DNA of 64,000 nucleotides. Origin: Nymphaea colorata. Taxonomy: Eukaryota. The stretch lies in the NCBI RefSeq assembly GCF_008831285.2, contig NC_045138.2, positions 27,962,001 through 28,026,000 of the forward strand, written 5' to 3'. Positions 50,563 through 64,000 of this stretch are shown here, in pieces. The notes beneath the pieces were generated by a model, which saw only the letters and a list, made by a program, of their open reading frames with translations, searched no databases and was not told where the DNA came from. Every line of letters begins with the position of its first letter. The first letter of the stretch is position 1. The position numbers were made by a program, and so were the translations under genes.

Positions 50563-53475
50563 CGAGCTGAACGCTGCTCGTGCTGTTCCCCTATGATTAC
50601 GTTCTATCACATACCTTGCCAAGATCAGGAGATTTGTGTACTTCGGTGAAGGAAGCTTTTCGCTGAAGTCAGTTTTGAGCTGTCTTGTTATGAAAAATGC
50701 GTTCCTTATGAATTTGTTTGTGAGCAGATGACGATGAAGGTTAGCAATTTATCAAGAAGATGAAGCACCATAATTGTGTTAGGTTGCACGAGTTCCGATC
50801 AGGTCACTGGATGCTTCTAATTAGCAATGTGAAATGACACTAAAATATTCCTTTCCTTGTTAGTGTGTTATCATCTGTTTGAATATCTAAACTTTCCATT
50901 TGCATGGATTGACAACCTGACCCTATCATACAAAAGGCTCCTAGTAGCCTGTAAACCTTCCCCTGCTAGAACTTGTGCATGCTGTACTGGACAACAGTAT
51001 TGTCCTTCTGCTCAAAAATGTTAAATATATTGAAATTAAAAATGAAAATTTCAGTTAATGAAAATTTACCAAAATATAGTTTGTTTTTGACCTCCTATAG
51101 GTCATTATGTAGTGTGACAAAAAGGAACAAGATAAATTCTGCTTTTCCTTGTATCAATTTAATCTATGAATAATCTGCTATCATCTAAATGATCTCTCTG
51201 ACGTAGAGACCTCACATATTGCACAAGTAAAGAGTTTTTCATGATGTGATATATTTTCCTTTCGTTTTTTTGTTTTCCACTGTGCTGTTTCTCCTACCAC
51301 AAAATATTGGTGTATATATCATAAACTGGGATGTAACTGGGGGCTGACACAACGTAGTTTCTGCTGCTACGTTTGTTCTTTTGTATGCAAAAATCCCATT
51401 GGCCATTGAATTTTCATCACACCCTATGGCACATTTGGACAAGTATGCTCCTTCAATCGATATGTCAACAATTTCTTCGCTAATGGTGTCTTCTTTTTGG
51501 CATCTCAGCTCAGAGAACTTGAGAAACTAGGTCCTAAGAAAGGCGTTGTTAGCCAGACTGTGAAAGATGTGGTCCAGAGTTTAGTGGACGATGACCTTGT
51601 GCTGAAAGACAAGATTGGAAGTTCTGTGAGTGTCTATATTTTCTGATTCAATAATTAGGCATGTAAATTTCATCACAAGATGTATTTTTCCTGTAACTGG
51701 TAACATGAAACGTGATTCAAGCAAACACCAAAAAGTAAGTGTTTACCTGGATATTGTTTTAAATGTCACTCTTGATTTAAGTTGGATAAATCGATCCAAT
51801 CTAAGTTGGAGGTCAGACCTAAAACAGGCCAGTTGTATCACAGTCCCAGGACGCTTGTAAAACCATTACCACTTAGTAGCCTGGGAAGAGTAACCAATAC
51901 CGTGGTTTGGTTTGGCTTTCGATATTTCATTTTCTCTAGTTTGTTTTCATCTTATAATCAGACGTTTGAAATCTATTATGCAATGAAGATCATGACATTT
52001 CCTGAATTTGTATTTGTGCCCCCGTTAATGGTATGAGTGCATGTATTGTATTTGTTCATAACAAAAGATGCTTACATAGTTACATTTTTTGGTTTTTGTG
52101 TCAGTTGAGTTTCTGTACATTTACACTAAGAGATATTCCATGATAACTAAACCCTCTACCATCTTGTTTCAGAATGATGGCCTGAAATATGCCTATATCT
52201 TGGTCCCTTGTTGCTGTGACAGATGACATTGGGGGAGCATATCTTAGCCGTTACATGTGTTATTTACTCTAAAATCTAAAAATGGAAAATAATAGTCTGC
52301 TGATTGTGTAATTGAAAGTTATGAGGAAGTGATCTTACTTCTTGACTAATTACGTAATGATGTTTCTCTAAATGGTGGGTTTCTTCAAGCTGCGGAACCA
52401 GTTGCAATACATTATAGTAAATGTCAAGCCTAATGATTCGTTCACGTATAACTTAATGAAACACAAATTAGTACTTGTCTTCATGGTTGAATGTCCTGAG
52501 ATGGACCAGATATTGGTGAATTTGGATGAGTTTCTTAGCACTAAACGTGAGCGTGCTTGTAAATATGTGTAGCACATGCATGCAATTTCATATGTAAATG
52601 TCAGCACCATTTATTTCCTTACCTTCTGGACTTCTACCTTAATCCACCCCCAAAACCCTACAGGTTTACTTCTGGAGCCTACCTAGTTGTGCAGGAAACC
52701 AGGTATGTTTGGGTCCTGACTACTGGTCAATTTTGATTTCTCTTTCCTTTTTCTGATTCACATCTGCTTAAATCTATTAAGTTAAGTCACCAATACCATT
52801 CTGTTAATATCGTCCCTCTTTTCAACAGCTACGGAATACACATTATAAGCTGGAAGCTGATATCAAAGCTAGTAAGAAGCGTCTTGCTGAGCTCGTTGAA
52901 TTGAGAGAGAACCTAAAGAAAGGCAGGGAGGACTCAGTAGGTGTCAGAAGTTCTGTTATCAATTCTTCCTTATGAAATATGTACAGTTTTATTTCAAATT
53001 TAGGTTCAATTTGTTATTTTTCCAGGATGAAAGGAACAGTGCTCTTGAGGAGATGAAGATTGTAGAACGGAAATACAATGCACTTAAGGTGATTCAACTT
53101 GGACGTTCGATTATTTAAATACAACGTGATGAAAATACATCCTATGGTTCATATTGATGTTGACAATGAAAGCTCCTTTCAGTTTTCAGTCTATGTTTCT
53201 CATTAAATGCTTGCCTCAGGATGAAATGGAGCTCTATGCTGACAATGACCCAGCCACCCTTGATGCAATGAGTAAGAAAAATAAAATTGGCATTTCAAGT
53301 AATCATCTCTTTTTTTTTTTTTGGATGCTTTTGCTAGAGTAATTTGTTGGATCACACGATCTGATATTTTCTGTCTTTTGAATGCTTATGTAGAGTATTT
53401 TGTTGAAGTCACGTGATCACATATTTGCTGTTTTTTGGATGCTTTTGCTAGAGTGATTTATTGAAGTCTTTAATA

Positions 53476-53518
<43 letters not shown>

Positions 53519-54708
53519 ACATGTGTGTAATCCATTATGTGTGTGTGTGTGTGTGTGTGCATGCGTTAATTTGTGGGTATGGGTTATGCATATGATTTAT
53601 GTCAAAACCTTGTAACTAAGATGAATACTTTTCTCCACTCGCTGGATCAGAATCTTATGTTGCGTCCTTTTCTTGAATGTCATATAAATAATCATAAAAA
53701 TGATCAAAGCTAGCATGTGCATCCCGAAAAAGAAATATTGTATTGTTAGACAAGTGAATAAATAAAATTTTAAGAAGTGGGAGCTGTATTGGACCAAGTT
53801 CTGTTGCTGTCATCTCACTCCAGGGATAGATTCATCGAGCTAATCCATTGGAAAGTGCAACCTGCACTGGAGCAAACATTTGTTTCATAGACTCCACTGA
53901 TGCTCATATTGTCCTCATGTGGTCTGAGACGAGTTGCCCCAGATACCACACAGCCACAGGCAAATATAGTATTGCATTTTTTTTGGGTTTCTATTGGAGA
54001 TCTTTGGAAGCATGAACTAAGAAATTTCCAACCTTAGGTCACTAGCTGATCTTCATAACAGCACTCTTTCATTCTTATGTACACCATATTAGACATTTTA
54101 TATGATCTAGTTATCTAGATGGTGTATTTTGCATCTCCTCTATTTTACTTTTGTTTCAGAACATTAAGTTATGCAAATCATGTGTAAATTTTGGAACGTT
54201 GATTGTCCTTTTTGGTGCAAGTTTTTGACAATTCTTCTTGGAACAGAAAGTGCTACTGAAATTGCAGTTTCTGCAACAAATAGATGGACAGGTACTTCTT
54301 GGAGCTTCATTGATGTTCTCTTGACTTCCAAATATGTTTTGAGATGTTTTCAAGTTTATCCAATCAGCTCGTGTTTTTTTGCATAGACAACATTTTTACA
54401 GTGCAACACTGGTGCTCGCAAAATTTTCCTCAAGCAAGGGAACAACTTGGACATTTATATGGAGAGGTAAAACTTTATTGTTTGATCGTTCCCTTTTCTT
54501 ACTTGATTTATTGCACTATCATGTAACCTTTCTGCTGCATATACAGTTAGGGATTGCTGACATGTCCAAAGTTGATCCCTTCATTAAGATGGACGCTTTT
54601 CTCATTTCAATGCATGCTTCTAGATAGCTCAACGGTTTTATCATTTCTTTATGGTCACAGGTTGGAATTACAGAAGATCTAGACTACATAGAGCCATCAA
54701 AAGTCTGA
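49941..54708 (+). CDS. MND1: Meiotic nuclear division protein 1 homolog (HOP2 partner), 211 aa, 10 coding exons
   Basis: Exons 49941-49943 (ATG only), 50395-50475, 51509-51625, 52664-52702, 52829-52936, 53026-53088, 53220-53271, 54247-54291, 54387-54466, 54661-54708. They give [75 protein letters not shown]...NRWTDNIF...VGITEDLDYIEPSKV*, 636 nt in phase. Confidence 0.96.
53480..53558. repeat. (CT)n and (TG)n microsatellites in MND1 intron 7
   Basis: Direct reading. Confidence 0.9.
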
Positions 54709-55699
54709 AATACAGGTTGTCTATGCTGTAGATATTTAGTCTGGCCTATTCGAGGTAAAAGTATACTTTAGAAGTGTAATTGATGCCTTGTAGAAATTTT
54801 TCACTTGGAAATTACACATTTATCTGAAAATGTTCAACGTGAAGAAATTTCGATCTCTGAGTCTGATATGTGCATCTTAAGGCCAACCATTCTAGCATAT
54901 TTTAGCAACGTCATCTACTGGACGCTCAATTAATTTCTCTTCTTGATTCTATACTCGGTTGTAGATCACGGCCAAGAAACTGGTAAACTCCTAGTTATAG
55001 TTGTGTCACTCAAGATGCTTAGGTTATTCATGTGTTGGCATCTTATCGGCCATGTTTTCCCTTAGGCTTGAACTATATAATTGTAAGAGAATGTGAGCAG
55101 CATTCTTAATCTACTTGACCTTATTCATCTAACCATATAATTATTTGATGCCCTTATGTTAACTTCAAAAATAGATAATAGCGGGATAGTAATGCCAGTT
55201 CCGATGCAAACCTACCGGGAGATTCGGCCTCCCTAAGCTATTTACTTATAAAAAAAAATGAGCTGTCCATGGAATCAACAAGTGCAGCCAAGGCCAACAG
55301 AAAAAAAAATGCACAGCTTCACATATCGGAACAATAAGTTTATCCGCAATTTTCATAGGCAATGGTGTCATCAGCAACAGTAAGTTTCTAGGCTGCATTG
55401 AATATTTCTGGGAAGGATCTAAGGATCGAATTCCTGCTTTCATGGGTTTCTTCGAAAAAGTTCTTCCATTTTATGTTGTTAGAGAAAATCTCTATTACAT
55501 GTAGGAAAAGGAGGTCGCCCTATTGCAAACACATAATGACTGAACAGGGTCTTTTAGGCCCTTGCTGATCGCAACTCCAATAATCTGTTGGAGTCAAGCG
55601 TAGGATTAAGAATGTGAATGTAAATCTCATATCTGCCGTCAGGTGGCCATGGGTCACAGTGAACACCAAAATCGATCTAGAGTTTACCTCCTTGGTGAG

Positions 55700-57100
55700 G
55701 TCTTTCCAAACAACAGTCAAATATGTTCAACACGGGTCGCTCAAACAATTTTAACAAATTGCATAATTGTGAAGATGCGACCTAAATGCAAGGTCTCATT
55801 CCTGACATTCCACATCTTCCAGATGGCAGTAGAGTAAATGGGTCTCCAGCATTTCCCCATCCAGCCTCTTTTCAAAGATGTTGCATGCCACTTTTGAAGA
55901 TCTTGAATAACAGACGAGTGAGGAACTCTTTTTGTTGAACCTCTTGGCAGTAAAGTGCGAAAAATTTGGAAGTGTTTACATCCAAAAAGGAGATGATGCA
56001 GATTCTCTTCCTGACAGTGGCAAAGTAAACAGTGATTAGGAAGATAGTAGCTAGATAAAGGGCCCATTTACTTCCAGTGTGATAAACGCCTCTCCATGTC
56101 AGATCCCTCCATCCTTGATCCTGGGAAGAATCCCTAATGATAGCCAAATATCTCTTGTAGACATTTTTGTGACGAACTTGCCATTCTATATAATTCTATT
56201 TGGACCAAGATTAATATAAAGGTTGATTCCGTGTAGCTTCCCAAATATGAACTCGAGCAAGTCCTCAGGCCAGTTCATTTCATTGGTGTTAGTGTGCATG
56301 TGTTGTACACTAATATTAAGATTAGTAACAATCAGACCCAAATGTTCATGTGGAGCATCATCAACCGTGATGGAAGAATCCCATTTATCCAACCAGAATT
56401 GAGTGAGACATCCATATGTAATATTCCGCTCCACTTTATCTTTGACATCATATCAATACTTGACCATGTTTTTCCATAACTAAGAGTGATGACTTTTTCC
56501 TTTGCACAACCAAATATTATTCCTAGTAGGTATTTGCTTCTAATACGTAATATTATTCCTAGTAGGCCATTTATCCAACCAGAACTGAGTGAGACATTCA
56601 TATGTAATATTCCGCTCCACTTTATCTTTGACATCATATCAATGCTTGTCCACGTTTTTCCATAACTAAGAGTGATGACTTTTTCCTTTGAAGATTATTC
56701 CTAGTAGTTATTTGCTTCTAATACGTAATGTTATTCCTAGTAGGCCATTTATCCGACCAGAATTGAGTGAGATATCCATATGTAATATTCCGCTCCAGTT
56801 TATCTTTGACGTCATATCAATGCTTGACCATTCTTTTACATAACTAAGAGTGATGACTTTTTCCTTTGCACAACCAAATATTATTCCTAGAAGGTATTTG
56901 CTTCTAATAATAATAGCAAACACGAGTTGGATCATTGTGGCTCTGTTCATGCCCATTAGAGGCCTTATCCGGACTCCACCTTCATTATATGGCCTACAAA
57001 ACTGTTTCCATGAGATGTAATGAGACTACCTTGCAGAGTAGTCAGATGTGGCCAATGTGTGCGCATTCTACATGTAGAGTCAACCACATCTGTTGAGTGC
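55700..57100 (-). mobile_element. Degenerate LINE (non-LTR retrotransposon) ORF2 3' relic
   Basis: Minus-strand motifs HYISWKQFCRPYNEGGVRIRPLMGMNRA, TQFWLDKW, CLLCHCQEENLHHLLFGC and AIWKMWNVRNE are typical of the post-RT/zf-RVT region. Frameshifted; limits approximate. Confidence 0.8.
56381..56909. repeat. Three tandem copies of an approximately 180-bp unit inside the LINE relic
   Basis: Units start CCATTTATCC at 56381, 56567 and 56745. Confidence 0.9.
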
Positions 57101-60100
57101 TAACCATTTAGTCATTCAACAGGCTATTTGCTTAGGCTTAAAGTTTGGTTGGCTTGAGGTACCTTAGAGTACTACCCTGTTCAACCTGGACTGCGCCCAG
57201 CGCTCTTAAACCATTTTCGCTACCTAGACCATAGCCTTCCACTGAATGGCAAGTTCTTTTAACAAAAAAAGAAGACTTATTCCTTCTTGTGTACAGTCCA
57301 ACTTTACTTTCTTGAGTGTTGTAATTCATTTTTGAGTCCATATCAACCATATCCATCCGTATTTTAAGAATCCACTTTTTCAATCTCTTTAAACTATCTC
57401 ATGTTTCTCACTCACTCTCTCTCATTCTCTCTCGATTTGAGGAAAAATTTTCTTCTTAATATCAAGAAGCCATAAATTTTTTCCCTGGACTGGTTTTCAT
57501 TTTTTTAGTATGTAATGATGATGGAAATTCGTGAGTGTGATTAAGAGCCGAATTGCGCCAAGCCCATTTCACCAAATTGTCCATCTTTAAGTGATGTTTT
57601 GAAAAAACAGGGTCAGCATCTGCTCGTCATCTCCAGCCACATCAATTTATATATTTAAGGTTGCAGGTTACACCGAGAAAATGCCGTCAGCGGGTTTGAA
57701 ATGGACAATAACTCAAAGTTGTCTTCAATAAGACCGGAAACGCCAAAACATTTCCTTTCCGCTTGGTTCATGCTGTCTACGACTCCAGTTGGTAGCTGGT
57801 TAAAACTATGGAAATACGTCAGAAGGTAAGATAAATTACTGGGAATAGACGAATGCATACTCATAAAAGCTGTTTTCCTGAATAAACAAGATAAAATCAA
57901 CACTTGGGTTGCTTGTATAACTGGCCGGCCTTAAGACCTTGAAGTTGAGAGCTCAAGAAATGGTTGTTTGTCATGCATGTTGCTTGCTCCAGAACGGAAA
58001 AAGCGGCTTCATTCGCGTGTGCCGGCAGACAGGCGGATGAAGCATGGCGACTGGGGACCAAAATTATGGTTTTAGATAAAAGGACAATCAAAGTTGGTCA
58101 CAGCCAACGCGCAAGTCTCCATCTAGCAAATTCATACGTCTAAAAGAAATGGCGGCTTCTCAGCTCCTGATCATCCGGCCAAAGAAGAAAAGAATTTGTG
58201 GTATTTCATTGATCGATAGGGATGACAGATTTTTTGCATTGCCTTGTCATGCGAGGACACAAGACGTGCTGACAAATGAATAAATGATGTTGCAAGTAGC
58301 AGGTAATTGAATGGCATTTGTTACCGAGCCGTTTGAAACAAATCTGACTAACATATGAATTGAATATTGGCCTTGATCTGCTCATATATGACAAAGAAGT
58401 TTCGGAAAATGACCACGCCTCCACTAACAAAGCCGCATTGGAAGTGTTCACTAATTTGGGAACTCAATAGGGAGTTAATCTTACAGTTTCCCACTTTTCA
58501 ACTATACTTGTTATGATGTGCAGCAAGCAATGTGAATTCCTAATACCGTTATGAAGAGAAATTCTATGAAAGCCCTGCGACTCTTCCTGGTAGTACTGTA
58601 AAAAAAAAAAAAAAAGAGGCGTCCGCTCTCTAGAGAATCCTCCAAATTGTGGTCCATGATATTCGAATGGTGCCAATATTGAATCTGTCACCTTTGGCAA
58701 TCGGTTTGCCATGGCAGGTTTTTCTTCCTTAGAGACAACCCTCCCAAACTCCGTTTGACAGCATACCACATCTTAATTAGACCTGCAAATTAAGTTTCTT
58801 TCCGACCGGCAGGGATGGTTGAGTTGGAGGCTCCATCCTCTCCCAAATTCAAATTGATTCAAGATGTTGCTTGCTGTCGAAGGATCTTACGTATAAGTCC
58901 TGCTCTTTATATTGCTTTCATCCCGTCCAATTTTGTCATCGGTTACCTTTTGTTATTTTCCTGTACAGCCATGTCTTGCACTAAAAGGAAGGAGGCCTTT
59001 CCTCCATCAGGGTTGTTGCCATGTTAGCAATCAATGTGCATAAATGGGGCAACGACCACCATGATAGGGAAGAAAAGATAGAACCAAACATATATGGTGA
59101 AAAGGAAGACTCACACAGGGCACGTAACTCTCAACATAAATGGCGGATCAGGTGGGGCTCAGTTTGGGATTGGATTTAACTAGTGTGCATCAGTTTAATT
59201 GTTGGCAGGATTGATTTGAGACTATCACAATGGCGGCCCATTTTTCTGACCACTACATCTTCATGGAAGAGGCTATTGATGTATTTTAAATGTTGAATAG
59301 TAAATGTTGGATGTGCCACATGCACATTTGTGGGAGCCCAGCTAACCTTTTTAGGCAGCACCAATTGGAGATCAACGTTGCCTTGTAAACATCAATAATG
59401 GAAGGATTCCTATGCTGCTATGCAAGATCCATGAACCACAATTTGCTTGGTGGGACCTTCCAAAATCAGGGCGAATTGATTGCTTCTGGTTAGGTGATTG
59501 ATATTTCTTTTTCTTGTGGCCTACATATACGCATCAAATGAATGGTAAATTTATGTTGTAATCTTTCGGGTTTTCAAATACCTAGATAAACGCCCATCCA
59601 TCGAAAAAAAATCGTTTAGAAACGTTTCCGACCTAATAATAGGAAGCACAAAAAAAGGTTCAAAAACTTGGCGAGTGATTTAAACTTTGAAGATTACAGA
59701 CTCAAAGGGTCGTCTGACCTTGATATTCTGGTTTTAAAGCAGAATTGGTTCAAAAGGACTTGCTTTGTCACTAAAGTACCAGGTCTGAACCCTAAGGGGC
59801 TATAATTAATCGACAATTAATGCCCAAATGGCTTAATCTTATTGTTTTCGTTCCTGTTGTTAATATTTATGACAGAACTGCTATGATGCGTCTAAGAATA
59901 AGGGCTTGGTGATACAGGAACCATGAAGGCACACTTATAGGGGAAATTACTAATATATTCACAGTAATTGAGATTGAAAACAGTTAACTGTGAAATTAAC
60001 ACCAATCTTTAGCTCATTCCAGTTAGCTTGATTCTTGTCTTGATGTCTTCGTGGCGCAAACAGTACTTGGTTGCATAACATGCTACATATGGCCGAAGAA

Positions 60101-60844
60101 AAGCCCCTCTAACCGGCCAAACGATGGAGCTTAAGACCTTCAAGCAGTAAAAAGGTCAAGAGTTCAGTAACCCAAGTGCACTGCCCTTTTAACGCAATTT
60201 ATTAATTGCCAGGCTAACCTCAACTTGCCGACTAAAGAAAAACAAAAGATTCAGTATTAGGTGCATCATTCTCTTGGGAATAAGGAAATAAGCATTATTT
60301 TTTGAAAGGGCCAACTTGGCTTCTCCCAACTAACCATCTCAACAAACATACTTTGTAGCTTAGTGAGTCCCTGCTGTGATGTCAAAGCCAGGCCCCAGAA
60401 TATTTCACTTCAAAAAAACAAAGACGAAGAGGATGATCCCTCTAATCCAGTCTAGCCAAATTGCAGCGGGAATGACGACGCAAGAGCTGCCCTCAAATTG
60501 GCAATAATGGCTACAACGTGCATGCAGAAAGGCACCATCCACGTGGGGACATCTCATAGGTCCAACCAGATGCCATTTGCCTGGGATACTCTGCAACAGT
60601 TAGGCATCCAGTCTGGATTTCTCTGCTACCAGCTTTTGGGGCTCCGGCCACCAAAACAGGGGATGACAAGGCGGTTTTGGCTGTGGCCGTCTCCTAGGCT
60701 CCCCTTCAAATAGAGGGCGCACCTCCCTTCACGTTGGTGGTGGCAGGCATCCCCAAGTCAGTTCCAGAGATCAGAAAAGAGGGTGAAGGAGGAAGAAGCC
60801 CGGTGGGTGGGAGGGTGGTGTTACCTCTCTACCTGGCCTTGCTC

Positions 60845-61795
60845 ATGGAGATGTTGCAGAGGTTACATGTTCTTGCAGTCATGGGCTTCTTCTTGGTAGG
60901 GCTGTCCCTGCCGGCGGCCATGGGACAACCAAGTGCGGCGCCTGCGCCTTCTCCTTCTAGCGATGGTACGTTCTGAAGCCTCACTTGGTTGTGGTCACTA
61001 TGCACATTACAAACGTTTTGCCAACATTAGGTCTTCATTTCCAAGGGATCCACTTCTGCTTTCTGGAGGTTCTAGGTTTGGGTTTTTCTTGGGAATTGGC
61101 AGAGACAAAGATTTTGGGGTGCATCTTTGTCAGTGTCATTGACTGGTCTTGTTGTTTTAAGAATGAGTTGAAGAGCAACCTTTTCCCTTCCTTACTGAAT
61201 TTTGCTTTTATTCATGAGAAAGAGCCCAGCTTCGTCTCAGTGTGAAGATTTGACCAGTTCCATCATTTGGGTATATTCCCCAGTAACGCTGCCAGAGAAG
61301 GGGAAAAAAGTGCATGAAGTATATGTGAAAGAACTACAAAAAATAATCTCTTGATAAAAGGAAATGAACCCTTTTCATCATACGACAGCCAATCCTTTAC
61401 TGCGGTTAAATTCAGGCTGCCAATATGGAATTGGAAGTAAATTGTTCCATGGAACATACAAAACCGATTCCGCTGATTCAGGATGTATATGAAAGAGTCT
61501 GTATCAGGACTTGACGTTTTTTCGGTGGAGGCGAATGCAATCCATATCGGGCCGTTACAGGCTTAAATCCTTATAAACAATTGATAGGAATCTTGTCTTC
61601 TGTAAACGTCAACTGCTTGTGGAATTCTGTTGGTAATGGGTTTTTTCCTTTTTGTGCTGCACTGATGAATGGCATTTTACAGGAACATCGATTGATCAAG
61701 GGATAGCGTATGTGCTGATGATCGTGGCGTTGGTGCTGACCTACCTCATTCACCCTCTTGACGCTTCCTCCTTCTACAGCAACTTCTTTTCATAG
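60845..61795 (+). CDS. Arabinogalactan peptide, AGP16/AGP20-like, 77 aa
   Basis: Exons 60845-60965 and 61683-61795 give MEMLQRLHVLAVMGFFLVGLSLPAAMGQPSAAPAPSPSSDGTSIDQGIAYVLMIVALVLTYLIHPLDASSFYSNFFS*. It has a signal peptide, APAPSP glycomodule and the DGTSIDQGIAY family motif. Confidence 0.95.
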
Positions 61796-62160
61796 ATATT
61801 GGTTGAGAGATGTTTATTCCAATCTAGTGTGTATTCTCCCTCTCTCTTGCCCATTAACTTTTGTAATCCCTTCTCTGGTGTCAATGGTCTGGCCTCAATG
61901 ACAGTTCGTGCTTCTTCTCTGTTTCTCTCTCTCTCTCTCTTTCTTTCTCTCGCGATGTTGCCCTTGGTGGTGGTCTGTGCTCACCCAGAGTCTAGTTCCC
62001 AAGAGTTAGACTTATTTTTATCTGATTGTTGAAAGGTCTTTGGTCATTCAAAACATATCCTTCAGTTAGTTGGTAGTGATGATCGTTAAAAGTACGTTTT
62101 AGTGAAAATACAGAAAGCGACTCTCACTTTGTTCATTTGGATCTTCGGGTGAAATCTGGA

Positions 62161-62265
62161 TAGGATTTCCCTTTCAAGTTTCAGAATTGGATGAATAGGA
62201 TTTCCCTTTCAAGTTTCAGAATTGGATGAATAGGATTTCCCTTTCAAGTTTCAGAATTGGATGGA
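62161..62265. repeat. 35-bp minisatellite, 3 copies
   Basis: TAGGATTTCCCTTTCAAGTTTCAGAATTGGATGAA three times with no spacers; the third copy has one mismatch. Confidence 0.92.
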
Positions 62266-63463
62266 TAGGTGAGAGGAGAATAGACATTTTGGAGGTTGGC
62301 CACACCCTTCGCAAACAGATCGCTGTCCACGTTGGTTCTGCCGAAAAAGAGATTTCAAGGAAGATTTCGCCTCAGACAAAGTGATAAATTTTGAGATACA
62401 TCTAGACAAAACGAAGAGCTGGATATTTCGAAAAAAAATTATAAGAAAAGGCATCGAGTGTATGAATCACGTGGCTCGTGCCCCTGCTCGTTCGTCCAAA
62501 AAGAAAAGCACAGGATTATCTAATAAAGGAACTGTTTTTACAAATTTGTAAATATGTACAAGGGGGTTTTAAGAGAATAATATGAATGCTTATCATTCGT
62601 TTAGTTCCGGACTGTTTGATGGATATCGCTTAAAGATTCAGGCAGATTCATAAAAGGTGTTAAAAAGTAGACTAATTACTGTTTCATTGGCCAACAGACC
62701 TTTAATGTTTCCTTTCTACTGCTTATTGGACAACCTCACCATAATGGCAACACAAAAGAGAAGTCTGATCAGGAAAGAATTTTCGTGCGAGAGGAGAAAT
62801 CACAATTTCTGAGCCAGGAAGATGACATGAAACAGGCTGTCTAGGGCAGGGGCTTGTCCACTTGTGGTTAATAAGTGCGTCATGACTCATCAGATCCCAT
62901 TAGTTCGAACATCGTCGTTTCTAGGTGCACCAGGCACCGATCTTTCTGTAGCTTGTGCAATCTTGAGGTGCTGTGACAATTGGTCCGTTGGCATGGAGAT
63001 GGTCATAGTTTACAGTGGAAACGCGGTCCACAGGCGGCTTCTCCTGATTTAATGGAGCTTCCATCTATAACAGATATTTCTTCTTCACAAAGAGCTGAAA
63101 TAATTAATGGCACAATTTTACTGAATATTGTTTGATCAGTTGTATGCAGAGGCCACTAAAACAGCTCTGCAGTGACGCTTTTCAGGATCCAAGAAGTCTT
63201 GACGGGGAGAAAAGACGAAAACTAATGAGCGGAGAACCTTTGGTCAGTTTGGCTTTCAAAGAGGAAGATTCGTAGCGGCGATTTTGAACTGCAACTGTAT
63301 TTGATGCAGTGGAAGCTGAAGGGAGACCTCCAAAGTTCTTTACCTCAGGTTTTATTTACATAACTTGACATAGGCCAGGTCAGATTAGGAGTACGAGGAT
63401 TACATACTGCTAAATTCCTTATTTAATTTCTCAAAATGGCTAATCAGAAGTTTGTTAACTCAA

Positions 63464-63856
63464 ACATTTATACAAAACTTCCTACGCAAAGGTACGCAAA
63501 CGAAATCCAATTCACAAACAAATTTGATCTATGGATAGTATTGTTGTTATAAAGGTTGTAATGCTAGAGGAATCATTACAGCAAGTCATAGAGAAGAAGA
63601 TCACAAGCATCTATACCATAAAATCGATTTTCCATTAAATGAAAAAGACATAGATAGTAGAATCACAATCATAGAATATGACCTTAATGGAAATGCATAC
63701 ATTTGCCTCAAACACTATGGAGATGGTGAGAAGAGATATATTTTACATCCCATGGGGTTTATAATTAGAGACAATTGATTTTAGTACAAAGTTTCTATAT
63801 CAATGAACAATGCCCTACCTTTGCAGTTTGAACTATTGATTTAAAAAATTGGAAGT
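63464..63856 (+). pseudogene. rpl2: Old nuclear plastid DNA insertion: rpl2 exon 1 and start of its group II intron
   Basis: CATTTATACAAAACTT...AATTTGATCTATGGA...GATGGTGAGAAGAGATATATTTTACATCCC...AATGCCCTACCTTTG then GCAGTTTGAACTATTGATTTA match plastid rpl2 as I recall it. Contains stops and indels. Confidence 0.88.
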
Positions 63857-63859
63857 AGA

Positions 63860-64000
63860 CAAAACCTAAAAATCGGTAACTTGGGCATTACTCATTATTC
63901 ATAAACAAGCTGAGTTCGAGCTAGAAAAGTTAAACTTGCCTTCTTTAATGAATTGAGTTGGATCTAGACGGGCTCGACTTGTTTAGACTTGAGGAAGCTC
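63860..64000. mobile_element. Start of another CTCGA-rich MITE-like repeat (runs off the window)
   Basis: GAGTTCGAGCT and GGCTCGACTTGTTTA motifs like those at 4157-4404 and 41864-42155. Confidence 0.4.

Noticed and set aside
57500..60400. Short ORFs between the LINE relic and the AGP gene
   Set aside because: No motifs, consistent splice pattern or coding-like composition; treated as intergenic.
62161..62265. 35-bp repeats as a CRISPR array
   Set aside because: Head-to-tail copies with no spacers, no cas genes and a eukaryotic context.
62921..63064. Possible minus-strand 47-codon exon (MEAPLNQEKPP...)
   Set aside because: No recognisable domain or partner exons within the window.

Overview
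Flowering-plant nuclear DNA (GT-AG introns, LTR elements, microsatellites); the species cannot be determined from the sequence. Bases 1-49,000 hold a tandemly duplicated cluster (offset about 31 kb) of malectin-like/LRR receptor-like kinases (LRR-I type) in two subtypes. Type A is on the minus strand: gene A (1-5086, cut by the window edge) and A' (30590-35746) both read intact. Type B is on the plus strand: B (11978-17657) has a frameshift and a stop, while B' (about 40847-48632) reads intact. At least six scrambled RLK relics lie between them. The cluster also carries a very young Ty1/copia element (17755-22775, identical 326-bp LTRs, TSD CTCAC), an older internally deleted copia (24896-28443, TSD TTATT), a solo LTR of that second family, copia RNase H remnants and hAT-like MITEs. 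To the right are a complete 10-exon MND1 gene (49941-54708), a LINE relic with an internal triplication, a two-exon AGP16/AGP20-like arabinogalactan peptide gene (60845-61795), a 35-bp minisatellite and an old plastid rpl2 insertion. I found no wholly new biological system. The most notable signals are three: A and A' have near-identical kinase halves but patch-wise hypervariable malectin-like exons; A and B types share an ancestral head-to-head layout with shuffled signal-peptide exons; and the youngest retroelement is coding-defective despite identical LTRs. All alignments were read by eye.
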